The notes beneath the pieces are model-generated. The model made no database searches. It was given only the letters and a program-made list of their open reading frames with translations, and was not told where the DNA came from. Both the position numbers and the translations under genes were made by a program. A stretch of 64,000 nt of DNA. It comes from an uncultured Nitrospiraceae bacterium. GTDB taxonomy: Bacteria; Nitrospirota; Thermodesulfovibrionia; Thermodesulfovibrionales; UBA6898. Positions within the stretch are counted from its first letter, which is position 1. The number at the start of each line of letters is the position of its first letter. Below, in pieces: positions 18,792 to 29,014 of the stretch. Location: assembly GCA_963811165.1 (NCBI GenBank), contig CAWEQH010000001.1, positions 256,001 to 320,000 of the forward strand, in the 5' to 3' direction.

Positions 18792-19736
18792 ATGGCAATC
18801 GACGAAAAAGACTTCAATAAGAAAATGAAAGAAGTAAAGAGCAAACTGAAACAGAGCGTTATTGTCCCCCAACAGCTTACACGCAAGGACAAGATGAATT
18901 TTAAATGCTATCCCGGCATAGGATGCTTTACAAAATGCTGCAGCGGTATAAGGATAAATCTTACTCCCTATGACATCTACAGGCTGAAGAAGAGGCTCGG
19001 TATGTCCCATCACGATTTTCTCATGGAATATACGGTGCCGAGATCGGTCGACGGGACACCCCTGCCGATTGCGGTACTCAAGCTCAAAGACGACGCGGCA
19101 AAGTCCTGCCCCTTTGTTACTCCCGAGGGTTGCACGGTTTATACCGACCGCCCGGTGACATGCCGCTACTATCCGATCGGTATGGCTATCATGAAAAAAT
19201 ATGACAAAGAGACCGGCACGGACTTCTTTATCAAGGTCAAGGAGGACCATTGTCTTGGACATCAGGAAAGCAAAGAATGGACGATCGAGGAGTGGAGGGC
19301 CGACCAGGAATCCGACTTATACGATGAGATGAATAACGACTGGATGGAGGTCGTTTTGAAGGCAAAGACGCTCGGTATAGTAGAGTTCGGGCAGAAATCG
19401 CTCGATCTCTTCTTCATGGTCAGCTCTAACCTGGACATGTTCAGGGACTTTGTCTTTAACAGCAATTTCTTAGACTCCTATGAGATTGCTCCCAAAGTCG
19501 TCGAAAGGATAAAGAATGACGAACTCGAACTTCTGAAATTCTCGCTGAAATGGCTCAGGTTCACGATGTTCGGCGAGGGCGACTTCAAGGTCAAAGACGA
19601 CGCCCGCCGCCAGGCAAAGGAGCGACAGAAGGCGGCCGCACTCGAAAAGGCCAGGCTCATGGAAGAGAAGGCAAAGAGGGCGCTTGCCAAGGCCCCCGAA
19701 GAAGTGATGAAGGAGGCTGATCGGGAAGAAAACTAG
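18792..19736 (+). CDS. YkgJ/UPF0153 family cysteine-cluster protein
   Basis: FKCYPGIGCFTKCC, CPF..GCTVYTDRPVTCRYYP, EDHCLG. Confidence 0.85.
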   Translation: MAIDEKDFNKKMKEVKSKLKQSVIVPQQLTRKDKMNFKCYPGIGCFTKCCSGIRINLTPYDIYRLKKRLGMSHHDFLMEYTVPRSVDGTPLPIAVLKLKDDAAKSCPFVTPEGCTVYTDRPVTCRYYPIGMAIMKKYDKETGTDFFIKVKEDHCLGHQESKEWTIEEWRADQESDLYDEMNNDWMEVVLKAKTLGIVEFGQKSLDLFFMVSSNLDMFRDFVFNSNFLDSYEIAPKVVERIKNDELELLKFSLKWLRFTMFGEGDFKVKDDARRQAKERQKAAALEKARLMEEKAKRALAKAPEEVMKEADREEN

Positions 19737-19800
19737 AGCCGCCCTCGGGAACGGATACATACGGACAAGGGTTTACGGCGACATCATCCGGGGCCCCTAA

Positions 19801-20328
19801 CTATTTCTTTGTCGGCGTCTGCCGCGTTGAATATTGTCTTTCTACTTCTTCCAAGATATCTTCTTTCAGCTTTGTAAGCTCTTCCTTAAAAAGATCGTTA
19901 GCCAGAATTTCTTTAGGAAGTGCTTCAAACCTTCGCGTGATCGTATCGCGCAGAAATTCCCCACCTTGCCTGACCTGCCGGTCGATTGAGGATTGGGTAT
20001 TGTTTGTCGTTTCGATCAGCTGAGAGACGAGGGCGTTGTTCGCAGCCAGTCTTTGGTCGATCGATCCTAGCACATTGAGAACCTGATCGAGCCTGTCGGC
20101 ACTCTGCTTGGCGGAGATGGCAGAGAGCTGGGAAAGGCCGAATACTTGTCCATCGCATACGCCGGGCAGACCAACATCAGTAGGCGGAATCCATCTGCCC
20201 AGACAAATTTGGGGCCCCCTCTCACTCGTGATAAAGGTGTAGCCTTCATCCGCCTGACTTTGTGCCGGCAACATGCCCACGATGAAAAATACCAAGCAGA
20301 TTGCTGAAATATACATTATCGCTTTCAT
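19801..20328 (-). CDS. Hypothetical exported protein with coiled-coil C-terminus
   Basis: AGGAGG RBS, signal peptide ending SQA, two Cys, heptad-rich tail. Confidence 0.7.
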   Translation of the reverse strand: MKAIMYISAICLVFFIVGMLPAQSQADEGYTFITSERGPQICLGRWIPPTDVGLPGVCDGQVFGLSQLSAISAKQSADRLDQVLNVLGSIDQRLAANNALVSQLIETTNNTQSSIDRQVRQGGEFLRDTITRRFEALPKEILANDLFKEELTKLKEDILEEVERQYSTRQTPTKK

Positions 20329-20609
20329 GTATCCTCCTATTTCACAATTTATGCAGCGTCCCGATAAGCCCTTAATTATTTCATACCACTAAAGAGGCCG
20401 TTTGTCATTATTCTTTTCCCCCTGCAGAATGAATCGTGAGAAGATCTCCTGTTCCGATTCTGCCTTGGTTCCGATGACAATTCTCCTCACGCTTTATTGA
20501 AACGACGCCAGACAGTGATACATGATGTCCCTTTTTAAGATTTCTGTTCACTCGCGAACCCATAATTTTGGTATAATTGAGCACATTTATTGAGGTCCTC
20601 CATACCCCA

Positions 20610-21881
20610 ATGGAAATCAATGATCCAAATATGAATCTGTTGACACCAGCGTACAGCCGTTATGCGCTCGGTCTTCTCTTTGCAGTCAATCTCCTCAATT
20701 ACATGGACCGGCAAGTACTTTTTGCCGTTTTCCCTTTGATCAAAGCTGAACTTGGGATGTCGGATGCGGCCCTCGGACTTCTCGGGAGCGCATTCATGGT
20801 GTCTTATTTGGTTTCAGCGCCTGCATTCGGGTGGATTGGAGATCGTTACGGGCGGGTGAAACTCGCAGGCTGGGGCCTGTCGCTCTGGAGTATCGCGACT
20901 GCGGCTACCGGACTGGCCGGACGATATAGCACCCTCTTTATGAGCCGTGCAACCGTGGGGATAGGCGAAGCGAGTTTCGGCACTGTCTCCCCCGGACTGA
21001 TTTCAGATTTTTTTTCAAAGAAGCGGCGGGGACGTGTTCTTTCTTTTTTTTACCTTGCGATACCTGTGGGCAGCGCCATCGGCTACATCGCGGGCGGTAC
21101 CGTCGGCCAGGCGTTTGGATGGCATTCTGCCTTTTTTATGGCGGCACTGCCGGGACTCGCCCTGGCTCTTCCTCTTTTTCTCCTTCGGGAACCCAAACGG
21201 GGGGGAACCGAGGAAGGCACGAAACATGCTGCTCCACGGCCTCCAGACTACGGGTTGCTTTTCAGGAATCGTTCTTTCGTGGTTACTACGCTTGCCATGG
21301 CTGCCATGACCTTTGCCTTGGGTGGATTGGCCCAGTGGCTCCCGACGTTTCTCTTCAGGATGCACGGGCAGAGCATTGCCGCAGGCAATACCTTGTTTGG
21401 TGTCATTACGGTAATATCGGGAATTACCGGTACGCTGACCGGCGGGTGGCTCGGCGACAGATTCCAGAAAAGGAGCGGCAAGGGATATTTATTGGTGTCC
21501 GGTATGGGGTTTCTTGCGGGGACGCCCATTGCAGTATACGCCCTTGTCTCCTCTTCACTGGCCGGCTGTCTAGCCGCAATCTTTTTTGCCGAGTTTTTCC
21601 TTTTCTTTAATACCGGCCCGCTCAATACGACGATTGTCAATGTGACAAGCCCCTCTGCGAGGGCAATGGCCTTTGCTGTCAATATTTTCTTTATTCATGC
21701 ATTGGGAGACGCCATCTCCCCTGCAATTCTCGGCCGTCTTTCCGATATCTGGGGGCTGAGGACCGCACTCCTGATAACGCCTTCCATGATCCTCCTTGCT
21801 GCCGGGTTCTCATTTCTCTGTACCAGATTTGTGGAAGAGGACACATGGGATAGTGTGCAGGAGATGAGAGCGAAGAAATAA
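20610..21881 (+). CDS. MFS transporter (Spinster-like)
   Basis: NLLNYMDRQ, GWIGDRYGR, VGIGEAS, about 12 TM segments; exact start uncertain (20610 or 20631). Confidence 0.85.
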   Translation: MEINDPNMNLLTPAYSRYALGLLFAVNLLNYMDRQVLFAVFPLIKAELGMSDAALGLLGSAFMVSYLVSAPAFGWIGDRYGRVKLAGWGLSLWSIATAATGLAGRYSTLFMSRATVGIGEASFGTVSPGLISDFFSKKRRGRVLSFFYLAIPVGSAIGYIAGGTVGQAFGWHSAFFMAALPGLALALPLFLLREPKRGGTEEGTKHAAPRPPDYGLLFRNRSFVVTTLAMAAMTFALGGLAQWLPTFLFRMHGQSIAAGNTLFGVITVISGITGTLTGGWLGDRFQKRSGKGYLLVSGMGFLAGTPIAVYALVSSSLAGCLAAIFFAEFFLFFNTGPLNTTIVNVTSPSARAMAFAVNIFFIHALGDAISPAILGRLSDIWGLRTALLITPSMILLAAGFSFLCTRFVEEDTWDSVQEMRAKK

Positions 21882-22027
21882 TAGGGTGATACACTGCATT
21901 GAAGAAGGACGAGAAATATGGCTCGCCTTTTTTTTGTCTTTTACACAATGGACCATAGGGCTTTAAGGTTTGCTATAATGGAGCTAGGCACCCCAGCAAG
22001 GGCAGAAAAAACGTATACGGGGGATAT

Positions 22028-22273
22028 ATGAGTGGCGGAGAGCTTGTAATAATCTTCATAGTGGCGTTCCTGATTTTCGGACCTGAGAAACTTCCGGAAC
22101 TGGGCAGGACGGTTGGTAAATGGCTTTATGAGATAAGGAAGGCTGCGCAAGACGTGAAAGACCATATGGAGACTGAACTCGATACGGCAGAAAAAGAAAC
22201 AAAGGAAGAAAAGCCTATTGAAGAAATCCTCCCTCATGAAAAACCGGCGGATGAAGCCCGGAACAATAAGTAG
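22028..22273 (+). CDS. Twin-arginine translocase TatA/TatB family subunit
   Basis: GELVIIFIVAFLIFGPEKLPELGRTVG. Confidence 0.85.
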   Translation: MSGGELVIIFIVAFLIFGPEKLPELGRTVGKWLYEIRKAAQDVKDHMETELDTAEKETKEEKPIEEILPHEKPADEARNNK

Positions 22274-22285
22274 TGGGGGAAATTA

Positions 22286-22849
22286 CTACAATTGTAAGAA
22301 ATTTTTGAGCAGATCCTTCCCTACGACGGTCAATATGGATTCCGGGTGGAACTGAACGCCCTCGATGATAAACTCCTTATGCCTGACTCCCATTATCTCA
22401 CCCTGGTCTGTCCACGCGGTGATTTCGAGACAATCCGGTATCGATTCCTTCCGTATGAGAAGGGAATGATACCTTGTAGCCTCAAAAGGGTTCGGCAGTC
22501 CGGCGAAAAGTTTTTCCCCGTCATGGTGGATTAGCGAGGTCTTCCCGTGCATAAGCCTGGGAGCACGGATGATCTCTCCCCCGAAGGCGGCGCCGATTGA
22601 CTGGTGCCCCAGACATACGCCCAAGATAGGCAGCCTGCCGGCAAAGTGCTGTATTGTCTCAATCGATATGCCCGCCTCTTTAGGGGTACAAGGTCCTGGT
22701 GATATGACAATCCTCCGGGGCGACATCTCCTCTATCTCCTTGATGGTGATCTTATTGTTCCTAAAGACCCTGATGTCTTCTCCCAGCTCACCGAGATATT
22801 GGACGAGATTATAGGTGAATGAATCGTAATTATCTATCATTAAGAGCAT
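22286..22849 (-). CDS. trpG: Anthranilate/aminodeoxychorismate synthase component II
   Basis: [36 protein letters not shown]. Confidence 0.92.
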   Translation of the reverse strand: MLLMIDNYDSFTYNLVQYLGELGEDIRVFRNNKITIKEIEEMSPRRIVISPGPCTPKEAGISIETIQHFAGRLPILGVCLGHQSIGAAFGGEIIRAPRLMHGKTSLIHHDGEKLFAGLPNPFEATRYHSLLIRKESIPDCLEITAWTDQGEIMGVRHKEFIIEGVQFHPESILTVVGKDLLKNFLQL

Positions 22850-22941
22850 AGTTCTTTCCTCTGTTATGTTTCCATATGCGTTTGCCGTTAACGTTTCAAT
22901 CTATCTTTGCAGCAAGGGTACGCGCAACGTACCCTGCAGTT

Positions 22942-24416
22942 TTATCCTAACCCTTCCTCTGCCATATCCACCGCCTTCATCATGCCCTTTGCCTTGTTGA
23001 CTGTTTCCAGATATTCTCTCTCCGGCTTGAATCTGCAACGATCCCCGCGCCTGCCTGGACATAGACCTTGCCGTCCTTTATGATAAGGGTCCGTATCGTG
23101 ATGCAGGTGTCCATATTGCCTGAATAACTGAAATATCCGACAGCCCCAGCATAAGGGCCTCTCCTTGTGGGCTCGAGCTCTTCGATGATCTCCATGGCCC
23201 TGACCTTCGGGGCCCCCGATACCGTGCCTGCCGGAAAGCAGGCGGCGAGCACGTCGAAGGCATCGAGTCCATGCCTGAGTTCTCCTTCGACATTTGACAC
23301 AAGGTGCATAACATGGCTATAGCGTTCGACCTTCATCAATTCAGTGACCTTTACCGAACCGATCGTTGCCACCCTTCCGACGTCGTTTCTCCCGAGGTCC
23401 ACAAGCATAATATGCTCGGCGACCTCCTTCGGGTCATTCTTTCAATTCCTCTTCGAGTGCCTTGTCGGCAGATTTCTGTGTCGCCCCTTTTTCTAGTCCC
23501 TGCGATGGGACGGAGGACGATCTTGCCTTCTTCAACACGCACAAGGATCTCAGGAGACGAGCCGACTATCTTCGCGTCTCCGATATCGAGATAATACATA
23601 TACGGCGACGGATTGATCACACGAAGGGCCCTGTAGATGTTGAAACGGATCACCTGCGGCTTCCCGCTCAAATCTCTGGGAGAGCACAACCTGGACAATA
23701 TCGCCCGCCATGACATATTCCTTTGACTTTTCCACGGCGGTCAGGAAGTCATCTTTCGTGAAATTGGAACTTACGCTCTTTGATTTTGCGCCGGACAAGG
23801 AATCATCGAGTATGAGCGGCGTTCTGAGTTTCGCGATGATATCATTGATCTTTTCCTCCGCCTCCCGATATGCCTCATCAGGTGAATTGTCGTCTATATG
23901 CGCATTTGACACAACCTTTATCTTCTGTTCGAAGCTGTCGAAGATGAGCATGGTATCGGTAAGCATGAAGAAGAAGTCCGGGAGTCCGAGGCCCTCCTTT
24001 TTCGACCTCGCTTTATGGGCTCGAAGAATTTCACCATGTCATAGCCCATGTAACCGACAAGTCCTCCGAAAAACCTCGGGAGGCCCTCGATCTCGACGGG
24101 TCTGTATCCGATAGCTCTTTTTTGATGAGATCAACAGGATTGTCTGATTCAACGACCAGCGACTGTTTCCGGCCGTCTATAATTTCGACAGTCTTTCCCC
24201 TGCCTTTAATTATTTTTGAGGTCTTGACCCGAAAAAAGAATACCTTGCCCATTTCTCCCCGCCTTCAACGCTTTCAAAAGAAACGAAGGCGTTCCGCCGA
24301 GCTTTAAAAAGGCAGTGACCGGTGTGTCCGTATCGGCCAGTATCTCTTTATAGACAGGGATCAGGTTCCCCTTTTCCGGATAACTCCTTGAATTTTTTCA
24401 AATTTGGGTAAATCAT
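22942..24416 (-). CDS. trpE: Anthranilate synthase component I; about nine apparent single-base frameshifts
   Basis: Joined frames: [126 protein letters not shown]. Confidence 0.88.
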
Positions 24417-24534
24417 ATTGACAAAAATTCCCTTGTTAAATTTATATTTTATGTCTTATAATTATATCTTATTGGTCAGTGATAAGTTAAGCGTTATTCT
24501 GATACACTGTCGGATAGTATGCAGCATGAATAAT

Positions 24535-24609
24535 GCGGGAATAGCTCAGTGGTAGAGCACAACCTTGCCAAGGTTGGGGTCGCGGGTTCGAATCCCGTTT
24601 CCCGCTCCA
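24535..24609 (+). tRNA. tRNA-Gly(GCC)
   Basis: GCGGGAA/TTCCCGC acceptor stem, anticodon loop TTGCCAA, GGTTCGAATCC, encoded CCA. Confidence 0.97.
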
Positions 24610-24701
24610 TAAAATGCAGTGAATAGTAACGTAAAAATACTGTAGAAGAATGAAACCAATTCACCTTTCGCGATTCACTTTTCACGGCTTACATCTTTAA
24701 G

Positions 24702-24777
24702 GGCGGCGTACCCAAGTGGCTAAGGGAGAGGTCTGCAAAACCTTTATGCAGCGGTTCAAATCCGCTCGCCGCCTCCA
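24702..24777 (+). tRNA. tRNA-Cys(GCA)
   Basis: GGCGGCG/CGCCGCC acceptor stem, anticodon loop CTGCAAA, GGTTCAAATCC, T-CCA end. Confidence 0.96.
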
Positions 24778-26611
24778 ATTCCCATGATTTCTTTGCCCTC
24801 TCTGAGCGACTCGAGGAGGGCCATATCGAGGGCCTTTTCCTCAAAATATTCCTGTTCGAGCGACTCGATGTAGAACCTGTCAAGCCCGCTGTTTTCGAGA
24901 AAGTCTTCTCTGAGCAATGAGTCCGCGGTCTGGACAACCATAGGGAATATCTGGTTCAGATAGACAGATTCCTTTCTGAGGTCGATAAATACCTTCTCAA
25001 AGAGCTTTAGCGGGTATCTTATCGGCGATTCCTTTTCCCGACAGTTCGGCGGTAATGTCGTCCCTGATCTTTTCCCTGACCTCCTTCAGTTCAAGGCCCG
25101 GGAAGAAGCTCCTCATCCTGTCCTTTAATGCGGCATGTGTTTCGTGATACAGCTTTTCTTCTTCCGTAACGTTCTTAAGTTCTGTGATGACGTCTTTCAG
25201 TGACGCCTCGCCCTGCTGGATATTTTCTATCCCTTTGTGGACGAGCCTTATCTTCCGCCTGCCGTAGCCCGTGATATACTTGTTAGTCAGAAGTTCCCTG
25301 ATAAACATCGTTTTGAAAAGGTCAGCGGTCGAGTTTGTCAAAGGCCTTTTTGTTTCCGATAAGACTTCTCAATGACTCATCCTTGAATTCTACCCGCTTC
25401 ATAAAGGCCAGCTGGCTCAGGAGCGCCTGGACATTATCGTATCTGTCAAAGTAAGTGATGATCGCACTGAACTCTTCGAAGACACTGAAGTTGTCCGTTT
25501 CCCTGGCAAGTTCGTCGCATGCCCTTCCTATATCGAGGAGCACCTGCTCGAACCCTCTGTCGTTTTGAGAATAGGCCATATGCTTTGCCTTTATCAGACG
25601 CACAATATCCTCTTCTATAATATGCTGCTTCAGGGACGGGTCCTTGAAAAAGAGGTTTTCGAGGATCGCCCGCGCATCCTTCAGATAGTCCCGTTCTTCC
25701 GTTTCCTGAATCTTTTTCCCTTTCAGCAGGAGTTCATCGAGCGTGTCGAAGAGAACGACCGGAATATTATTTCTTATACTGAGGGTCCTGAGCCTGTTGA
25801 GCCGCGCATATTCCGATGCATGCAGGGTATCGCGGGCAATACTTTTTATGAGCACGTCCCTGTATTCGTCGACAACTATCTTGTTGTCCGGGTGGTTGTA
25901 CATGACGTCGATCTTCATCCTCTCCTGCTGATAGCGGTCGATACGGTTCCTGACAACGATATCCTCGAGGGAGAGTTCATCGGCGTGGCTGAGTTCACGG
26001 TTTTTGGCATAGAAGCCTTTATAGGCGTTGTAATATTCCTGGTTCGCCTTGTGCATAAGTTTGAAGATGAAGACGATGGACCTTCTTTCCTTGAGTTCTG
26101 CGCAGAAATGGCCCAGAAGTTCCGTATCACGTTCGCCGGAAAGCAGGTCTGTTCTTTTGAGGAATTTTCCCACAGATTTCAGGATGTGTTGCTGCCTTTT
26201 TTTGTAGTCGCCCTCATACTCGGAAGAGACGAGGAAATAGTAGTTTGCGACCGCATGTCCCTGGAGGAAAAGTTTGTCGAACGTTTCGAGACCTTCTGTA
26301 TCGTTGGTAAATACCACCTTTTCCCTATCATCGAGGAAGGCCCCGAACATGATAAGCCTGTTGAGGACGTCGCTTTTTTCCATGTCCTTTACGGGCTTTT
26401 CGACGCCGAACATGTACTGGCAAAAACTTCCCCCCGTGCCTCTGTACATGGCGGTGTCTTCAGAGATGGTGAGCTCGTTGCCCTGTGAGAAAAATCTTAT
26501 GCGCGACGCTTCTTCTTCGTAGAAATATGAGTTATAGGTGCTTGCCCCCGCGGCAAAGGCCAAAAAATCAATCCGTCCGATGCTGCCGTGGAGCCGGAGG
26601 TCTCTGATCAT
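24756..26611 (-). CDS. Conserved hypothetical protein (~617 aa, recalled as TIGR04442-like); two apparent frameshifts at ~25327 and ~25007
   Basis: ORFs 25322-26632, 24997-25341 and 24756-24941 join on removing one base at each junction; starts MIRDLRLHG, has RYQQERMKIDVMY and REDFLENSGLDRFYIE; family name is from memory and unverified. Confidence 0.7.
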
Positions 26612-26696
26612 AGGGAAAATATACCACAGCATCGGGAAAATATTCTATTTCCGTGTAAGCTGCGGGGCAGGACGAAACGGACATCTTGCCTGAGAA

Positions 26697-28778
26697 TTGC
26701 TGAAAAAATATGTTTCGTCTATGATATATGAAGAAGGAAATCAGAGAAGCATGGGTATCGGCTCCGCAACAGACAGTACCTTTCCGGGAGATGTCTCTTC
26801 CGTGTCCGTAACGGGACAATGCGCAAAGGTTTCACCTGGAACTTTTGGGTGGTTGATCCGGTATGCCATCGGCGCCGTGTTTTTGTTTTTGTTTTTTTCT
26901 CCTCATCTGGCGGCGGCGGGCGGAAAGGAATTTTTCAAGGACGGCAAATGCGATCTCGACGCCAGCCGTTATGAAGATGCCGTCAGGAAACTTACCGCGG
27001 CCGCAAAGGAATTCCCTCTCCTTGAAGACTACGCACTTCTTTATCTTGCAACCGCGTATCACGAACTTGGCGACCACAAGAAATCCCTGGATACGACCCG
27101 GACCCTCATTCAAAAATATCCTCAGTCACCGCTTATAAAAAAGGCCAGGTCGATCGAGGTCCGGGAAGCGAAGGAAAATCCCGGAGAAAAAAATATTCGC
27201 CAGATATTCGATTCCTACATAAGGGATTATCCTGAGGACGAAGAGATGAATCTCACCTATGCTCTCTTCCTGAAACAATCCGGAGACATCAAGCGGGCAA
27301 AGGAGGTATTTAAGGATATTTACCTGAGGGCGGGGCCGTTTTCACTGGGCGCATATGCCGAATTGGCGCCCTCAGACATGAATGTAGCGGAGACACTGGA
27401 AAGAGCAGCAAATCTGATGAAGAGGAATAAGTTCAAGGAGGCCGAACGTGAGCTCAGAAGTGCGCTTCCGGCCTGCGAAGGAATAAATAGGGAAGAGGTC
27501 CTCAGGAATGTCGGGCTTTCGCTATTTAGGCAGAAGGAATACAGGGAGGCGGCGGAGATCTATGACAAGATAAACGACGTCTTTTCCAGGGCCCGTTCGC
27601 TTTACAGGGCTGGGGACAAAGAAGGTTTTGAGTCGGCCCTCAAAGAGCTGCGGGGGAAAAACGATACGCGGGCGGGCGGTCTGCTGGTCGCCTTTGCGGG
27701 GGACAAGCGAAGAGAAGGTGATTTCGAAGAGGCCCTGAAGATCTATAAGGACGTGGTTGCCAAGTACCCTTCGGACGCGGAAGAAGCGATGTGGGGAATC
27801 GGGTGGACCTATTACAGAGCAGGCGACTATAAAAACTCCGCAGGGGTCTTCTCGAAACTGTACGAGAAATATGAAGATCCTAAATATCTTTACTGGCAGG
27901 CCAGGAGCACCGAGGCGTCAGGGGAAGACGCGAAGGCGCTGTATAGTGCACTTTCAAAATATGAGAATAACTTTTATGCCGCCCTTTCCGCTGCGACGGG
28001 CAAGACGAGGGCAGGGAGCGTGATGTCCTCGGAGATCTCAGGGGAAAGCAATGCCGGCATGCAACACCAGTTTGAGAGGGTAGACGTGCTTCTGTCATGG
28101 CATATGACCAAGGAGGCAAATGCAGAACTGCGATGGATGGCTGGTAAGATCGAGACGCCGATCATGCTTCTGGCGGTCGCATCGAGGTTCCAGAAGATCG
28201 GGGACTATAAACGCTCGGTTACCCTTGTCACAAGGATGCCCTACACTGAGAAACTGCACGGATTCTGGTATCCCCTCGCCTTCTGGGATGATGTCGAGAA
28301 GATATCGAAAAAACATGATATGGACCCCATGATCGCAATGTCGGTCATGAGAGAAGAGAGTCGTTTCGATCCGGATGCGAGGTCCGTCGCCGGCGCACGG
28401 GGGCTGCTCCAGCTTATGCCGCAGACCGCCTACCGACTTGACAAGAGCATCAAGCTGGGTATCAGCAGGGACTCCCAGATAAACGACGTAAGAAACAACA
28501 TCCAACTCGGCGTCTATTACCTAAAGTCTCTCTTCGGGGAATTCGGATCATTGCCATACGTCCTTGCTGCGTATAATGCGGGAGCGGGTATCGTTAGGAA
28601 ATGGGAACAGCAGGGGACCCAGAGGGGCATCGATGAGTTCATCGAGGAAATTCCCTACGCCGAAACGAGAAATTATGTCAAGAAGGTCGTTACTTCGTAT
28701 TTTCAATATAAGAGGTCTTCTCGGGCGCAACCCTCTTCTGCGAGCTTCTTGTCAGGCAGTCTTAAGGCCGATTTTTAG
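26697..28778 (+). CDS. slt: Soluble lytic transglycosylase with TPR repeats
   Basis: MREESRF, SVAGARGLLQLMP, AAYNAG, IPYAETRNYVKKV; true start probably downstream of 26697. Confidence 0.88.
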   Translation: MLKKYVSSMIYEEGNQRSMGIGSATDSTFPGDVSSVSVTGQCAKVSPGTFGWLIRYAIGAVFLFLFFSPHLAAAGGKEFFKDGKCDLDASRYEDAVRKLTAAAKEFPLLEDYALLYLATAYHELGDHKKSLDTTRTLIQKYPQSPLIKKARSIEVREAKENPGEKNIRQIFDSYIRDYPEDEEMNLTYALFLKQSGDIKRAKEVFKDIYLRAGPFSLGAYAELAPSDMNVAETLERAANLMKRNKFKEAERELRSALPACEGINREEVLRNVGLSLFRQKEYREAAEIYDKINDVFSRARSLYRAGDKEGFESALKELRGKNDTRAGGLLVAFAGDKRREGDFEEALKIYKDVVAKYPSDAEEAMWGIGWTYYRAGDYKNSAGVFSKLYEKYEDPKYLYWQARSTEASGEDAKALYSALSKYENNFYAALSAATGKTRAGSVMSSEISGESNAGMQHQFERVDVLLSWHMTKEANAELRWMAGKIETPIMLLAVASRFQKIGDYKRSVTLVTRMPYTEKLHGFWYPLAFWDDVEKISKKHDMDPMIAMSVMREESRFDPDARSVAGARGLLQLMPQTAYRLDKSIKLGISRDSQINDVRNNIQLGVYYLKSLFGEFGSLPYVLAAYNAGAGIVRKWEQQGTQRGIDEFIEEIPYAETRNYVKKVVTSYFQYKRSSRAQPSSASFLSGSLKADF

Positions 28779-29014
28779 CTTGACTTCGTCCCCTTGCGTT
28801 CTTAGAATTTTCATATAATACCCATCACATACTTCCCACAGAGAGGATCAAATGAAGTGAAAAGATTTCTCGTCTTTTTTTCTGTCTGTACTGCCAAACA
28901 ACTTTTTTACTGATTGCAGCGTCCTTTAGGGCACTGCCACTGATATTTTTCTTTGCAACCTTCCGGTCTATTTTTGTATTCTAAGGTGGTCATCATCTTG
29001 CTAATACAGGAGGC

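Noticed and set aside
20408..20620. 70-aa minus-strand ORF between the hypothetical gene and the MFS gene
   Set aside because: No RBS or family motif; overlaps the MFS promoter and start region.
24535..24777. tRNA-anchored genomic island or prophage
   Set aside because: No integrase, no duplicated tRNA 3' end noticed, and flanks are housekeeping genes.
28840..28915. Mini-ORFs upstream of proA (ATG AAG TGA; GTG-KRFLVFF..)
   Set aside because: Too short, with no Pro-codon enrichment or attenuator structure to support a leader peptide.
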